32,000 nt of DNA from Escherichia coli (GCF_002952095.1 NZ_CP021726.1); one strand, 5' to 3'. Shown: positions 9,550-20,245, counted from the first letter of the stretch. The notes: generated by a model not told the origin, from the letters alone. Translations and numbers: made by a program.

Positions 9550-10941
9550 TTATGCCACTGTCAACTGCTGAATTTTTTTCTCGCGGCGGATTTTGCGTTC
9601 TTCCATCACCGCCACTATCGCCATCAGGCAGATACAACCAATCGCGGCGATATCCAGCGCGGCGAAGGTGCCTGCCCAGCCGGTAAGGCCGAATACCGGC
9701 GTCCCATCGGCAATCATTCCCAGACCTAACTTGGCAAAGCTGTCACCAATCAGGTAAGCAAAGGTGCCTTTAATACCATCGGCAGCACCAATCGCTTTTT
9801 TAGGTACAAAACCAACAGCAGCCACACCAATCAACAATTGCGGGCCAAAGACCAGGAAACCCAACGCAAAGAGAGAAGCCAGATAGATATATTCGTTGCT
9901 GGCATGTTGATACACACCGAGCGTGGCGATAATCAGCGCCAGCGCGATGCAGGCCACCAGGCCACGGCGACCGTTCGCCAGGTCAGAGAGCCAGCCCCAC
10001 AGCAGCGTACCGACCAGCGCACCAGCTTCAAACAGCGTAAAGCCCTGAATCGCCACCGCTTTAGAGAGTTTCAATTCCTGGAACGCGTATACGGTTGACC
10101 ACTGGTCGATACCAATACGTACCACATAGAGGAAAATGTTGGCGAAGCACAGCAGCCAGATCACTTTGTTTTTCAGCACGTACTCAACAAAGATCTGCCA
10201 CTTGGTCATATCGGTAGATTCTGTCTCTTTATCCTCTTCGCTGATCTCCTCGCCAAACAGTTCTTCAGCTTTGCCGAGGCCATAAGATTCCGGGGAGTCG
10301 CTGCCGTAACGCAGGCCGATAAAACCGACAATCAGCGCGATAATCGACGGGAAGATAAACATGCCGATGACATGGCCATCGAACAGGTAATTTGCGCCGA
10401 ACAGCGCCACACCTGCTGCGCCTGCACCGCCAAGGTTGTGAGATATGTTCCAGAAACCGAGGAAGGTCCCGCGCTTACGACGCGGCGTCCATTTGGTGAT
10501 GGTGGAGTAACTGCACGAACCGCCGGTGCTCTGGAAAAAGCCGCTTAAGGCGTAGAAGGCAATCATCAGGAACAGGCTAACCGAGCCGCTGCCCATACTG
10601 GCGCTGAAGCCCAGCATACAAATGGCAGACAGGATCAGCATGAACGGCAGGAATTGTTTGGTGTTTTTGCCGTCGGCGTAGTAGGAAACCAGCGTTTTAC
10701 CCACGCCATAAGTGATGGAGAAACCCAGGCCGATCATCCCCAGCTGCGTCATGCTCAACCCGTAGGTCGAAATCATATCGTTCTGCGCGATGTTAAAGTT
10801 CTTGCGAATCAGGTACATCGTCAGGTAGCCGATAAAGACCACCAGGTAGGATTGCATGAACGGTTTGAACCACATTTTGCGCCGCACTTCGAGCGGAAGG
10901 TCCAGGGTCGGCTTGCGAACCTGGTTTAAGAAAGCCAGCAT
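9550..10941 (-). CDS. uhpT: Hexose-6-phosphate:phosphate antiporter
   Basis: 463 aa, [50 protein letters not shown]...; organophosphate:Pi antiporter family, adjacent to uhpCBA. Confidence 0.98.
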
Positions 10942-11000
10942 GGGTTACTCCTGAAATGAATACCTGCGTGAGGCATGCATTGTAAAAATCAGTAGCAAAT

Positions 11001-11032
11001 CAGGCCTGAGATAGCGTCCAGGCAAAACCTGG
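11001..11032 (-). promoter_or_regulatory. Candidate UhpA-binding region upstream of uhpT
   Basis: CAGGCCTG palindrome at 11001-11008 and CCAGG-caaaa-CCTGG at 11018-11032, in the position expected for the uhpT activation site. Confidence 0.45.
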
Positions 11033-11078
11033 AAAATTTCTTAGTTTTGCCGGATATGAAGTGAAAAGGTGAGATGCA

Positions 11079-12398
11079 TCACGCTTCGCGCGGTGTCTGG
11101 GCGTTCAAAAAGGGCAGTAACAGCAGTGCGGAAATCCCGGCGGCAATAGAGATAACCACAAAAAAACCGCTCCAGTGCCAGGTATCGAGTACTTTCGCCA
11201 GCGGCCAACCAGCAAGCGACGCCCCCAGATAAGCAAACAAGCCGACAAACCCCGTCGCCGCCCCTGCCGCCTCTTTGTGTGAACACTCTGCCGCCGCCAT
11301 GCCGATTAACATCTGCGGGCCAAAGACAAAAAAACCAATAGTGAAGAAGCAGGTTGCCTGCATCACGTAGCTGGCAAATGGCATCAGCCACAGCGAGCCG
11401 ACTGAAAGCAAAATTCCGGCGGCGAAAATCAAATTCATCGGCCCACGGTTGCCGTTAAACAATTTGTCCGAGCCCCAACCGGCTACCAGCGCACCGATAA
11501 ATCCGCCCAGTTCAAACATCGTCACTGCCGTATTCGCCGTGACCAGATCGACGCCCAGCGTCTCGGACATATACAAATTGCCCCAGTCGTTGATTGCCGC
11601 CCGGACCACATAGACCAGCACATAGCAAAACGAAAGCAGCCAGATATACGGATTCAGTAACACATATTTGGTGAGGATCTCTTTACGCGTCAGCCCTGCC
11701 CCTTCTTGTTGTTGAGCAATTTCCAGTGCGTCGTGCCGCCATTCACCGACCGCTGGTAAACCTAACGCCTGCGGGCGATCGCGCAGCCGCCAGCAGAGAA
11801 AAATCCCCACGACGATCGCCATACAACCAGCAATCATCATCCCGGCACGCCAGCCGTAATGTAGTGCAGCCGCTGCCATCACAATGGGAATGAGTGCGCC
11901 GCCAACGTTATGCGCCGTGTTCCATAATGCCCACCAACCGCCGCGCTCGGTACGTGAATACCAGGCCGTTAACAGACGCGCACACACCGGTGAACCCCAG
12001 CCCTGGAAAAAGGCGTTCAGCACCCAGAGCACGGCAAACGCCCATAGCGACGTCGAGAAGCCAAACAGAATGTTGATGATGCCCGTGGCAATAAGCCCTA
12101 TCCCCATAAAATAACGGGCATTTGAGCGATCGCTGACAATGCCGGAGACAAACTTCGACACGCCGTAAGTAATGTAAAACAGGGTCGCTAACAGGCCGAT
12201 ATCGCTACGGCTGAGCACGCCGTTAGCAAGGATTTCTGGTACCGCGGCGTTAAAACTTTTCCGCGTGAAGTAAAACAGCGCGTAACCCAGCCAGATGGTT
12301 AGCAGAATATGCCGACGCCAGTAGCGATAACGGGCATCAATTTCATGTTTATCAGTCATTAATGGCGCATCGGCAGGCGCTTTCAGAAACGGCAACAT
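11079..12398 (-). CDS. uhpC: Membrane sensor of external glucose-6-phosphate
   Basis: 439 aa from MLPFLKAPADAPLMTDKHEIDARYRYWRRH; UhpT-like MFS fold, located between uhpT and uhpB. Confidence 0.97.
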   Translation of the reverse strand: MLPFLKAPADAPLMTDKHEIDARYRYWRRHILLTIWLGYALFYFTRKSFNAAVPEILANGVLSRSDIGLLATLFYITYGVSKFVSGIVSDRSNARYFMGIGLIATGIINILFGFSTSLWAFAVLWVLNAFFQGWGSPVCARLLTAWYSRTERGGWWALWNTAHNVGGALIPIVMAAAALHYGWRAGMMIAGCMAIVVGIFLCWRLRDRPQALGLPAVGEWRHDALEIAQQQEGAGLTRKEILTKYVLLNPYIWLLSFCYVLVYVVRAAINDWGNLYMSETLGVDLVTANTAVTMFELGGFIGALVAGWGSDKLFNGNRGPMNLIFAAGILLSVGSLWLMPFASYVMQATCFFTIGFFVFGPQMLIGMAAAECSHKEAAGAATGFVGLFAYLGASLAGWPLAKVLDTWHWSGFFVVISIAAGISALLLLPFLNAQTPREA

Positions 12399-12407
12399 CA
12401 TCGAACC

Positions 12408-13910
12408 TTAGACATAACGTTGAGGTAGAGAAACGCTGACACGCGTGCCGTGCAGACAGGAAATGTGTAATGTGCCGCCCAGCGCCGTTACGCGCTCGCG
12501 CATTCCGGTGAGGCCAAAACCTTGTTGCCCGGAACCCGGTGGCAAACCGCTACCATCGTCTTCAATCACCAGCATCAACCGTTCATCCTGCTGCCAGCCT
12601 TGCAGGGTGACCGCGCTGGCATCAGCATGTTTCACAATGTTGTTCAGCCCTTCCTGGCAGACGCGAAACAGCGTCACGCGCTGGTTTTCACTTAACGCTG
12701 ACTCATCGATACGCCATTCGAGATGGCTGACAATGCCGCGCCCTTCCAGCTCCATTTCCCGCATCAGTGAGCGGATGGCCTGCTCCAGGGTGAGATCATC
12801 CAGCTGGCGCGGACGTAACCGCCCTAACAAACGGCGCACCGCATCGTAAACACCCAGCGACAGTTGTTCGATGAGCTGCCCGCTCTGCTTCACGCTGGCG
12901 TTATCTGCCGCCAGTCGCTGGACAATGCCCGCCTGAGTACGAATGGCAGTGATGGTCTGACCGATATCATCGTGCAGCTCACGCGCCACGTCGCGGCGCA
13001 CGCTCTCTTCAGTTTCTAACAAACGTTCAGCCAGATGCTGATTGCGCGCCAGTTCTTTTTGCAGCGACTGGTTAAGTTCACGCAACCGCTGGATACCTGC
13101 GCCCAGTAACAACCCTGTCAGACTTTGCACCAGCAGCGAGAGCAATAAGTCCACCGGATGATCGCGCCAGGTTTGACTGGCGATCAGCGCGATGGCGTTC
13201 ATCAACGTCGCAATCAGCGCCCCTTGCCAGCCATAGTGCCAGGCCAGCGCGATAATCGGCAGCGCCAGGCAGAATGGTGTAAAGCGCGACAGTTCGTCCG
13301 GCAATCCCAACTGGAGCCAGAGACTAATAACAAACAGCAGCAAGTACCAGACCAGATGCCGCCCGCGCCAGTTGATCGGTTGAGAAACTAACGACGGGCC
13401 GAGCGGCAGCCAGGTGTTATTGGCGAGATAGTGCCAGAACACCAGACATATCGGGGCCAGCGTCAGGCCGCCAGTTAAAGTCAGTAGTAGCGCATTCCAC
13501 GACTCTTTGCCGTGCCAAAGCCAGGGCAGCGACTGCAACAACGCCGCCGCCGTCAGGGCCGCCCCCTGTAACAGCAAGGTGCGCCAGTCACGTTGATGGC
13601 GATAGCGCGAGATCAGCGCAACGGGTAGTAACGTCAGTAAACTACCGATCATCAATAAGGAAAAATGGGTTAAACCGACCGCCTGCGTTAGCCAGTAAAT
13701 CAGCATCCACTCCGCGCCCAGCAGCACCGGCCAATATCCGCGCGGGCATTGCAGCATTAGCCCCAGACGCAGACCAAACGGAAATAACAGCACCGCCATA
13801 TCAGGGCGCTCAACCAGGTGCAGGCTGATACTCCACAAGCAAAACCATGCGGCAGAGAAGATAAAAAAGCAGGCAATAACGGTAATTAAGCGGGAGAACA
13901 ACGTCTTCAT
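12408..13910 (-). CDS. uhpB: Sensor histidine kinase UhpB
   Basis: N-terminal multi-TM domain, [21 protein letters not shown] phospho-acceptor region and GLTGMRERV ATPase region; overlaps uhpA by 1-4 nt. Confidence 0.97.
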   Translation of the reverse strand: MKTLFSRLITVIACFFIFSAAWFCLWSISLHLVERPDMAVLLFPFGLRLGLMLQCPRGYWPVLLGAEWMLIYWLTQAVGLTHFSLLMIGSLLTLLPVALISRYRHQRDWRTLLLQGAALTAAALLQSLPWLWHGKESWNALLLTLTGGLTLAPICLVFWHYLANNTWLPLGPSLVSQPINWRGRHLVWYLLLFVISLWLQLGLPDELSRFTPFCLALPIIALAWHYGWQGALIATLMNAIALIASQTWRDHPVDLLLSLLVQSLTGLLLGAGIQRLRELNQSLQKELARNQHLAERLLETEESVRRDVARELHDDIGQTITAIRTQAGIVQRLAADNASVKQSGQLIEQLSLGVYDAVRRLLGRLRPRQLDDLTLEQAIRSLMREMELEGRGIVSHLEWRIDESALSENQRVTLFRVCQEGLNNIVKHADASAVTLQGWQQDERLMLVIEDDGSGLPPGSGQQGFGLTGMRERVTALGGTLHISCLHGTRVSVSLPQRYV

Positions 13911-14500
13911 CACCAGCCATCAAACATGCGGCGCGCCAGTTCAACGTCGTTACTGACACCCAGTTTTTCCATCAGGTTGGCGCGATGGACGTGTACCGTT
14001 TTCGGTGACAAGCCCAGTTCGGCGGCAATCTCTTTCACCGCCATTCCTTGCGCCAGTTTTTCCGCCACCTGGCGTTCACGTTTGGTTAGCGGGTCCTGGC
14101 GACCGGATGCCAGTTTAATGGCAATATCCGGCGTCAGATAACAGCCGCCCGTGGCAACCGTATGCACCGCAGCAATCAGTTCGTCAGGGCTACAACGTTT
14201 GGAGAGAAAGCCGCGCGCCCCCGCGTTAAGCGCCTGCTCAACCAGCGCCGGACTGTCATGAACGGAGAGCATAATTGTCGCCATACCTTTCGGCAGTTGG
14301 CTTAGCAGTTCCAGACCGGAAATATCAGGCATGGAGATATCGCAAATACACACCTGCACACCGCGCCCCGGCAACCCCGCCAGCGCCTCGCGCCCCGAAC
14401 CAAACTCGGCAACTACTTGCAAATCAGGTTCCAGCCCCAGCAACTGCGCAAAGCCGGAGCGGACGATGAGGTGATCGTCTATAAGGGCAACGGTGATCAT
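13910..14500 (-). CDS. uhpA: Response regulator UhpA (NarL/LuxR family)
   Basis: [28 protein letters not shown]... plus C-terminal [43 protein letters not shown]; start trimmed from the track ORF to ATG 14500. Confidence 0.97.
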
Positions 14501-14608
14501 AATTGGGTCCTGGCGGATAAAAAACGCGCATACCTTAACGATAAGCGCGATGTTGTTCAAGTTGGATATGGAGTATGTATTGGCTTAATGATGTTGGGCT
14601 TATCGTCA

Positions 14609-14635
14609 AAACGCCTACCTGAGAGGTAAGCGTTT
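14609..14635 (-). terminator. Stem-loop downstream of the unknown gene at 14662
   Basis: AAACGCTTACCT-ctc-AGGTAGGCGTTT on the minus strand, 11/12 paired arms ending in T residues. Confidence 0.55.
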
Positions 14636-14661
14636 GGTGCGTGTTATTGAGAAAAAGCAAA

Positions 14662-16095
14662 TTACTTGTAGGTTGCAATCGTAATATTGCCTGAGAAATT
14701 TCTCCTTAGATTGCGGATATCATTATCCCTTGACCAATAATCATCTTTGTGTCTATAACTTTCATCGGAATGTACATAGGGAGAATCATCTTCAACGTCG
14801 TTATGGATAATATTTTCGCCTTTAGTGGTATAGATATAATTAGCCACATCAAAGATGTCATTCGCGTTATTTACGACTGCTCTTAAGATGCAAACGGTTT
14901 GTGTGAATCCGTATTCTGAGAAATCGACATGATAATGGTTATTTCTACCATTCAAAGCAACAAAACTCGGACAAACATCTATTGTATCGCCAACAGATGT
15001 AGCGGCGCGACGCACATCAAGTGCAGCGTTATCATTAGCAACATGAAATGCTTGTGAACAGGCATAAAACAAATTTCCAATCCCGGTACGACTGGATAAA
15101 CAAGAAATAATTTTTGCTATTTTTTCTGGCTTTATACCATCCTGCACTAAAGAATCTCTCACCAGATGACATTCATCAGGTGTGAAAACAGCTTTCTTGA
15201 ATATTTCCTCATAAACATCATAAGAAGGAGATTCAGAGAGAGTGAGTGATTTGGTGGAATGTGTTGAATCTGTAATTTTTTTGCGAAGTAATTCACTTAT
15301 AGTGCCGTTTATTTTTTCACCACAACATAAAATAAATGAACTTCCCTCCAGAACTTGTCTTTCTGTATCTGCAAGGAGTGAGCTAAATTCATCCTCATCA
15401 AGCTTAAGGTTTTTTATAGATGATTGATGTAAATACTTTTCTGGAATTAAATCTTTTTGTTCCCTTATAAGCTCTATCATTCGGCGTTCGGTTTGCCTAT
15501 CAAAAGAGTATTTCATGTTATAGTTATTTTTAGCAACTTCCAGCTTAAGAGCATTAGCAGCAACTGTTAATTCTGAGATTTGATCTTTTTCAAATTGATC
15601 GTGATCTGATAATAACCTTATAAACTCTTTTACATTTCGACCACTAAAATCCATATCCCTACACTTTTTATCAAAACACTTTGTTTCGTCATTGAACTCA
15701 CGATACATATCAGTGACTTTAAATTTATTACTTCCGGTCTGCTCAATTTTTATATAGCTATCCATGCCTGTAACGGCAATCCATGTCTTATAATTCGCAT
15801 TCTCCGATTCAGGCGTAACATGAAAATAAGGAACCAATTTATCACTAATATCATGCCGATAGATATGAAATGAATCTAAAAGATATAATAAAAAACTTCG
15901 AAAAATGTCACGAAAAGTGTCATCTTTAAACCTTGCCCTATAATTATCGAGCAGGCCGCTTTGTTCTATCATATTAAATTTATGAATATTATCCTTGAGA
16001 CTTTTGTCGATACTCTCCCTTAGACTCTGATTTTGAGACTGGCTATTATCATTCTCTGTTTTTGTTGGATATGTATAACTCGTCACACTAACCAT
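14662..16095 (-). CDS. Protein of unknown function, paralogue of the product of 16373-17668
   Basis: 477 aa from ATG 16095, preceded on the minus strand by GCGAGG-TTACT-ATG; coherent long ORF with AT-rich codon usage unlike its neighbours; shared blocks with the neighbour (TWIAVTGMDSYIKIEQTG / CCGEKI / CLSSRTGI). Confidence 0.85.
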   Translation of the reverse strand: MVSVTSYTYPTKTENDNSQSQNQSLRESIDKSLKDNIHKFNMIEQSGLLDNYRARFKDDTFRDIFRSFLLYLLDSFHIYRHDISDKLVPYFHVTPESENANYKTWIAVTGMDSYIKIEQTGSNKFKVTDMYREFNDETKCFDKKCRDMDFSGRNVKEFIRLLSDHDQFEKDQISELTVAANALKLEVAKNNYNMKYSFDRQTERRMIELIREQKDLIPEKYLHQSSIKNLKLDEDEFSSLLADTERQVLEGSSFILCCGEKINGTISELLRKKITDSTHSTKSLTLSESPSYDVYEEIFKKAVFTPDECHLVRDSLVQDGIKPEKIAKIISCLSSRTGIGNLFYACSQAFHVANDNAALDVRRAATSVGDTIDVCPSFVALNGRNNHYHVDFSEYGFTQTVCILRAVVNNANDIFDVANYIYTTKGENIIHNDVEDDSPYVHSDESYRHKDDYWSRDNDIRNLRRNFSGNITIATYK

Positions 16096-16273
16096 AGTAA
16101 CCTCGCAATATGACACTTTGCATATTTTGACATTGTTAGAAGCATCAATGGTTAGCATGATAAATATCTCAATACTAACCGCTATATTTCATTTATTTCA
16201 ATAATAAGACTATAGTGCCGTTAATTTTTATCGATTTCTCCAATGCAATTGCATCACCAATACAATTTATTCA

Positions 16274-16291
16274 CTATCAAAAATCGCTCAT
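16274..16291. repeat. Copy 1 of an 18-bp direct repeat (CTATCAAAAATCGCTCAT)
   Basis: Exact match to 17881-17898; about 180 bp upstream of the 14662-16095 gene. Confidence 0.85.
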
Positions 16292-16372
16292 TTTTGCAAA
16301 AAGACTGGCTACAAACAAACTGTAAAGAGCACGCGCTCACCTTAATGATAAACGCGATTTATCAGGAAAAAC

Positions 16373-17668
16373 TTATAAATCAGCAGTTGTTGCGGCACCG
16401 AAAAATGTAAAAGCGACTTTATCGATTTTGGAGTTTTGTTCGTCGAACCTACCGGTAGTAAAATAACGAACACACTGAAGATTAACTTCATTTTCATTTT
16501 TATTAACCGCCATCAAATATATCTTCTGACTAAACCCATTCATAGTAAAATCCATTTCATTAAGATACTTTCCAGACCCAAAAAAAGCATTTCCTGATTT
16601 TTTTAAATCCGTTGTAAATAAAATGAAACTATCAAAACTCTTTGAGAGTAACTCGCGAACATCTTGAGATGTGTGTTGTAAGCGACTCTGATAGCCTTGT
16701 GCGGAAGAATAATAAAAACATGTAATCCCCTGACGGCTGGCTAAGCAAGCGACTATTTCATCAATCTTATCATCCGTAATGTTACCGTTTGATTTTTTTA
16801 ATAATTCTCTTACCCGAGCACAATCATCATCTTTAAAGCAAACCTGTGCAACCAATTGTTCAGGTGTCTTTTGACTATAATTTGGATCTTTTTCAATTGT
16901 TTCAATTTTCTCTGCAAATATTTTAAGAATATCTTTACTTAACTCAACACCACAGCAAGTTATTTTTGCAGCACCACTTGGTTTAGTTTGTTCTTTTATA
17001 CATCTATGAGCATCCATAGTCATAGAGTGTAAATAATCCTCAGTAATATCAATTTTTTCCTGAACAGGTAAATGCCCCTCATCTTTTTGAATTCGCAGGT
17101 TTAATAAATCATATGTATTACTCACAATGTCTGCAGGCATTTCGTAACTACAATCCGTATTCATCATAACAATACTATTAACTAATTTTTTCCTCAAAAC
17201 CGTGTCAGCAGAATGTGTTTCTAACGCAGCAGTTTTTTCAGACAGCGATTTGATAATAGTCGCTACAGCCACTCCAGAATATGATGTATTCCCCAATATT
17301 TCTTTTATGTTATTTTTACCTGCACCAACCTGAAAAACATTAAAGGATTTGCCACCTGTTTGTTCAATTACGGTGTATTCGTTCTCTCCAGTTGCCGCCA
17401 TCCAGGTACGATTACCATTATTTTCAGTGCCTGGCATAGGGTGAAAATAGTTAAGGATTTCGGTATTAACACTGCGAGAGCCGGACATAATATTTGCTAT
17501 TAAGCGTTTTATTTCCTGCAACATCCATTTTGCGAAATTACTGCCAGGTGAATATTTTTTCTCGTTATCTGTGATATTAAGCTCAGCAGCAACAACTCTA
17601 TTTTTATCCAAAAAGGTGGAAGGGCAGGGATTTGACATCATTGTTCCGCTGTTTATAGGGCTTGCCAT
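16373..17668 (-). CDS. Protein of unknown function, paralogue of the product of 14662-16095
   Basis: 431 aa from ATG 17668 (GTGAGG-TATATT-ATG); GTG 17680 is the longer track start. Shares TWMAATGENEYTVIEQTG / ITCCGVEL / CLASRQGI blocks in the same order as the neighbour. Confidence 0.85.
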   Translation of the reverse strand: MASPINSGTMMSNPCPSTFLDKNRVVAAELNITDNEKKYSPGSNFAKWMLQEIKRLIANIMSGSRSVNTEILNYFHPMPGTENNGNRTWMAATGENEYTVIEQTGGKSFNVFQVGAGKNNIKEILGNTSYSGVAVATIIKSLSEKTAALETHSADTVLRKKLVNSIVMMNTDCSYEMPADIVSNTYDLLNLRIQKDEGHLPVQEKIDITEDYLHSMTMDAHRCIKEQTKPSGAAKITCCGVELSKDILKIFAEKIETIEKDPNYSQKTPEQLVAQVCFKDDDCARVRELLKKSNGNITDDKIDEIVACLASRQGITCFYYSSAQGYQSRLQHTSQDVRELLSKSFDSFILFTTDLKKSGNAFFGSGKYLNEMDFTMNGFSQKIYLMAVNKNENEVNLQCVRYFTTGRFDEQNSKIDKVAFTFFGAATTADL

Positions 17669-17880
17669 AATATACCTCACGATGAACCATTAATTAATAG
17701 AATGCTGGTCATGACCATTGGTATAGACAGCAATCAGAATTTAACACCATCGCTGGAAATTTTAGCCCTAACTGTGAACCCCCAAATTACTGGTGCAGCG
17801 ACTTAAATTAACATTCAGGGCTAATAAATTGTGCCTGAGATGGTCTCTGGCACAATTTCACCCTATATATCTGAACGGAT

Positions 17881-17898
17881 CTATCAAAAATCGCTCAT
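17881..17898. repeat. Copy 2 of the 18-bp direct repeat (CTATCAAAAATCGCTCAT)
   Basis: Exact match to 16274-16291; about 210 bp upstream of the 16373-17668 gene. Confidence 0.85.
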
Positions 17899-17929
17899 CA
17901 GTACCCCCCGAGCGGTTTAAAGTCGCTCC

Positions 17930-18220
17930 TTACTGAAAAAAAACCGCAATCTTGTTAAACATCGTCGGATCGGACTGATTACGCTGCACTTTCACCACAT
18001 CTTCCAGCTTGTCTATCTGGCTTATCATCTGCTCCAGACGCTGGTCGTCATTGACCAGTAGCCAAATGTGGCTTTTGTCGCTGTCCTGAATCGGCAAGCA
18101 AAGAATGCCCTCAACGTTAAAAGCGCGACGGGCAAAAAGGCCACAAACGTGGGTCATCACGCCCGGATGGTTGCGAACGGTGAGTTCCAGAATCACGTTG
18201 TCATGAGTTGTGTTTTGCAT
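17930..18220 (-). CDS. ilvN: Acetolactate synthase I regulatory subunit
   Basis: 96 aa ACT-domain protein, [40 protein letters not shown]..., adjacent to ilvB. Confidence 0.98.
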
Positions 18221-18223
18221 GGC

Positions 18224-19912
18224 TTATTCCCCCACCATTTCAGTATTCGCCGCACCTGGCGGCACCATCGGGTAAACTTTTTCTTCGGCATCAATACGCA
18301 CATGGATCAGCGCCGGACCAGGGCGATTGATGATTTCTTGCAATGCAGCCTGCGGATCGGCTTCGTTATTCAAATCACAGGTTTCGAGACCGAATCCGGC
18401 GGCAATCTGCATAAAGTTGATTTTTCCCGGATAGGTAGCGGCAAAAACGCCCTGCTTGTAGAACAGACTCTGTTGCTGATGCACCAGCCCCAGCGCTTCG
18501 TTGTTCATCAGAATGATTTTGACATCCAGCTGGTTTTCACTGGCGGTCGCCATCTCCTGAATATTCATCATCAGGCTGCCGTCGCCGGAGAAACACAACA
18601 CTTTGCGATCCGGGTTCGCCAGCGCTGCGCCAATCGCCGCAGGCAGGCCAAAGCCCATCGTGCCCAGCCCGCCAGAGGTCAGCCACTGGCGTGGGCGATT
18701 GAGCGGATAGGCTTGCGCGGTCCACATCTGATGCTGACCAACGTCGGTGGTGATAATCGCATTGTCATCGACACAGGCGGCAACGGCGTTGATCAGGCCG
18801 TAATGGCTTAATGGATCGCACGCTTTCGGGATTGGACACGGAAATTCGCGCTGCAAATCCGCCACCAACTGGTGCCACTCTGCACGCGGTTGCGCTTCCA
18901 CCAGCGGGATCAACTGCGCCAGCACGTCATCAACATCCGCCTGAATCGCCACATGCGGTTGCTTGATTTTACCCAGCTCTGCGCGGTCGATATCGACATG
19001 AATAATTTTGGCATTCGGGCAGAACTGCTCGGTTTTGCCAATCGCCCGGTCATCAAAACGCGCACCGAGCACAATCAACAAATCCGCCTCCTGCAAAATA
19101 TAGTTGGTGCTGCGCACGCCGTGCATCCCCAGCATACCCAGCGACAGCGGATGCGCTTTTGGCAGCATACCCAGCGCCATTAAGGTCATGGTAGTTGGCA
19201 GTTGCGCTTTCTCCGCCAGTTCACGCACCCGCGCAGGCGCATTGATCACACCGCCGCCCAGATAAAGCACCGGGCGTTTGGCGGCGTTAATCATTGTAGC
19301 TGCGTCACGAATGCTTTCTTCGCTAAAGGCAGGTGCGGCGGCTTTTTCTGCCACCGCAGGCTGTGCTTCAATCTCAAAAACTGCCGTTTGCACATCCTTA
19401 GGAATGTCTATCCACACCGGGCCAGGGCGGCCTGATTGCGCAATACGGAAGGCATCGCTCATGACCTGCGGGAGTTCTTCAATATGTCTGACCAGATAGT
19501 TGTGTTTGGTGATGGGGATAGAGATGCCGTAGGTGTCCACTTCCTGGAAGGCGTCGGTGCCGATCATCGAGGCGGGAACCTGACCAGTGATGCAAATCAG
19601 CGGGATGGAGTCCAGCCGCGCATCGGCAATGGCGGTCACCAGGTTAGTCGCACCCGGCCCGCTACAGGCCATACAGACCGCCGGTTTACCGTCGGTGCGC
19701 GCCATTCCCTGAGCGATAAACCCCGCGCCCTGTTCATGGCGAGCCAGAATATGGCGGATTTGCGTGCTTTGGCTTAAGGCATCGTAAACAGGCAGGATAG
19801 AACCGCCCGGAATGCCCGTCACAATCTTAATGCCCTGCTGTTCCAGGAAATGAACGATAAATTCTGCGCCGGTAAAGCGCTTACGCGTCGATGATGTGCC
19901 CGAACTTGCCAT
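18224..19912 (-). CDS. ilvB: Acetolactate synthase I catalytic subunit
   Basis: 562 aa ThDP enzyme; FLEQQGIKIVTGIPGGSILPVYDAL and GDGSLMMNIQEMATASENQLDVKIILMNNEALG motifs. Confidence 0.98.
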   Translation of the reverse strand: MASSGTSSTRKRFTGAEFIVHFLEQQGIKIVTGIPGGSILPVYDALSQSTQIRHILARHEQGAGFIAQGMARTDGKPAVCMACSGPGATNLVTAIADARLDSIPLICITGQVPASMIGTDAFQEVDTYGISIPITKHNYLVRHIEELPQVMSDAFRIAQSGRPGPVWIDIPKDVQTAVFEIEAQPAVAEKAAAPAFSEESIRDAATMINAAKRPVLYLGGGVINAPARVRELAEKAQLPTTMTLMALGMLPKAHPLSLGMLGMHGVRSTNYILQEADLLIVLGARFDDRAIGKTEQFCPNAKIIHVDIDRAELGKIKQPHVAIQADVDDVLAQLIPLVEAQPRAEWHQLVADLQREFPCPIPKACDPLSHYGLINAVAACVDDNAIITTDVGQHQMWTAQAYPLNRPRQWLTSGGLGTMGFGLPAAIGAALANPDRKVLCFSGDGSLMMNIQEMATASENQLDVKIILMNNEALGLVHQQQSLFYKQGVFAATYPGKINFMQIAAGFGLETCDLNNEADPQAALQEIINRPGPALIHVRIDAEEKVYPMVPPGAANTEMVGE

Positions 19913-19960
19913 GCTCCAGTCCTTTTTTTCTGGGCCGACTTTCCGGGAGGTGCTTAAACG

Positions 19961-19998
19961 AAAAACCCCGCCCGGTTTGCGCCGGCGGGGTTTTGGAA
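19961..19998 (-). terminator. ilvBN attenuator terminator
   Basis: Minus-strand CCCCGCCGGCGCAAACCGGGCGGGG followed by TTTTTCG, between ivbL and ilvB. Confidence 0.9.
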
Positions 19999-20017
19999 TC
20001 GTGTGTTGTTCCAGTCC

Positions 20018-20116
20018 CTACGGCGCATTGCCGACGACCACCACCACACGCACGACGACCACTGCGGCGGATGGCGCAGTTGGTAGTAGCTTTGCGTTGA
20101 ACATGGAAGTAGTCAT
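20018..20116 (-). CDS. ivbL: ilvBN operon leader peptide (Val/Leu attenuation)
   Basis: Minus strand ATG ACT ACT TCC ATG TTC AAC ... encodes MTTSMFNAKLLPTAPSAAVVVVRVVVVVGNAP*, 32 aa, Val-rich, directly before the attenuator. Confidence 0.95.
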   Translation of the reverse strand: MTTSMFNAKLLPTAPSAAVVVVRVVVVVGNAP

Positions 20117-20245
20117 TGGGGACCTTGTTGATTTTGTGTTTAACAATATTTATACAAGCACAGCTTTACAGGGGAGACAATGGAAAATTTTTCAGCAAGG
20201 GAAAATTGAGGGGTTGATCACGTTTTGCACTGAATTGCAGGTAAC

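Noticed and set aside
20018-20100. GAC/CAC-rich tract resembling a microsatellite-like simple repeat
   Set aside because: It is the Val-codon run of the ivbL leader peptide on the minus strand (AAVVVVRVVVVV).
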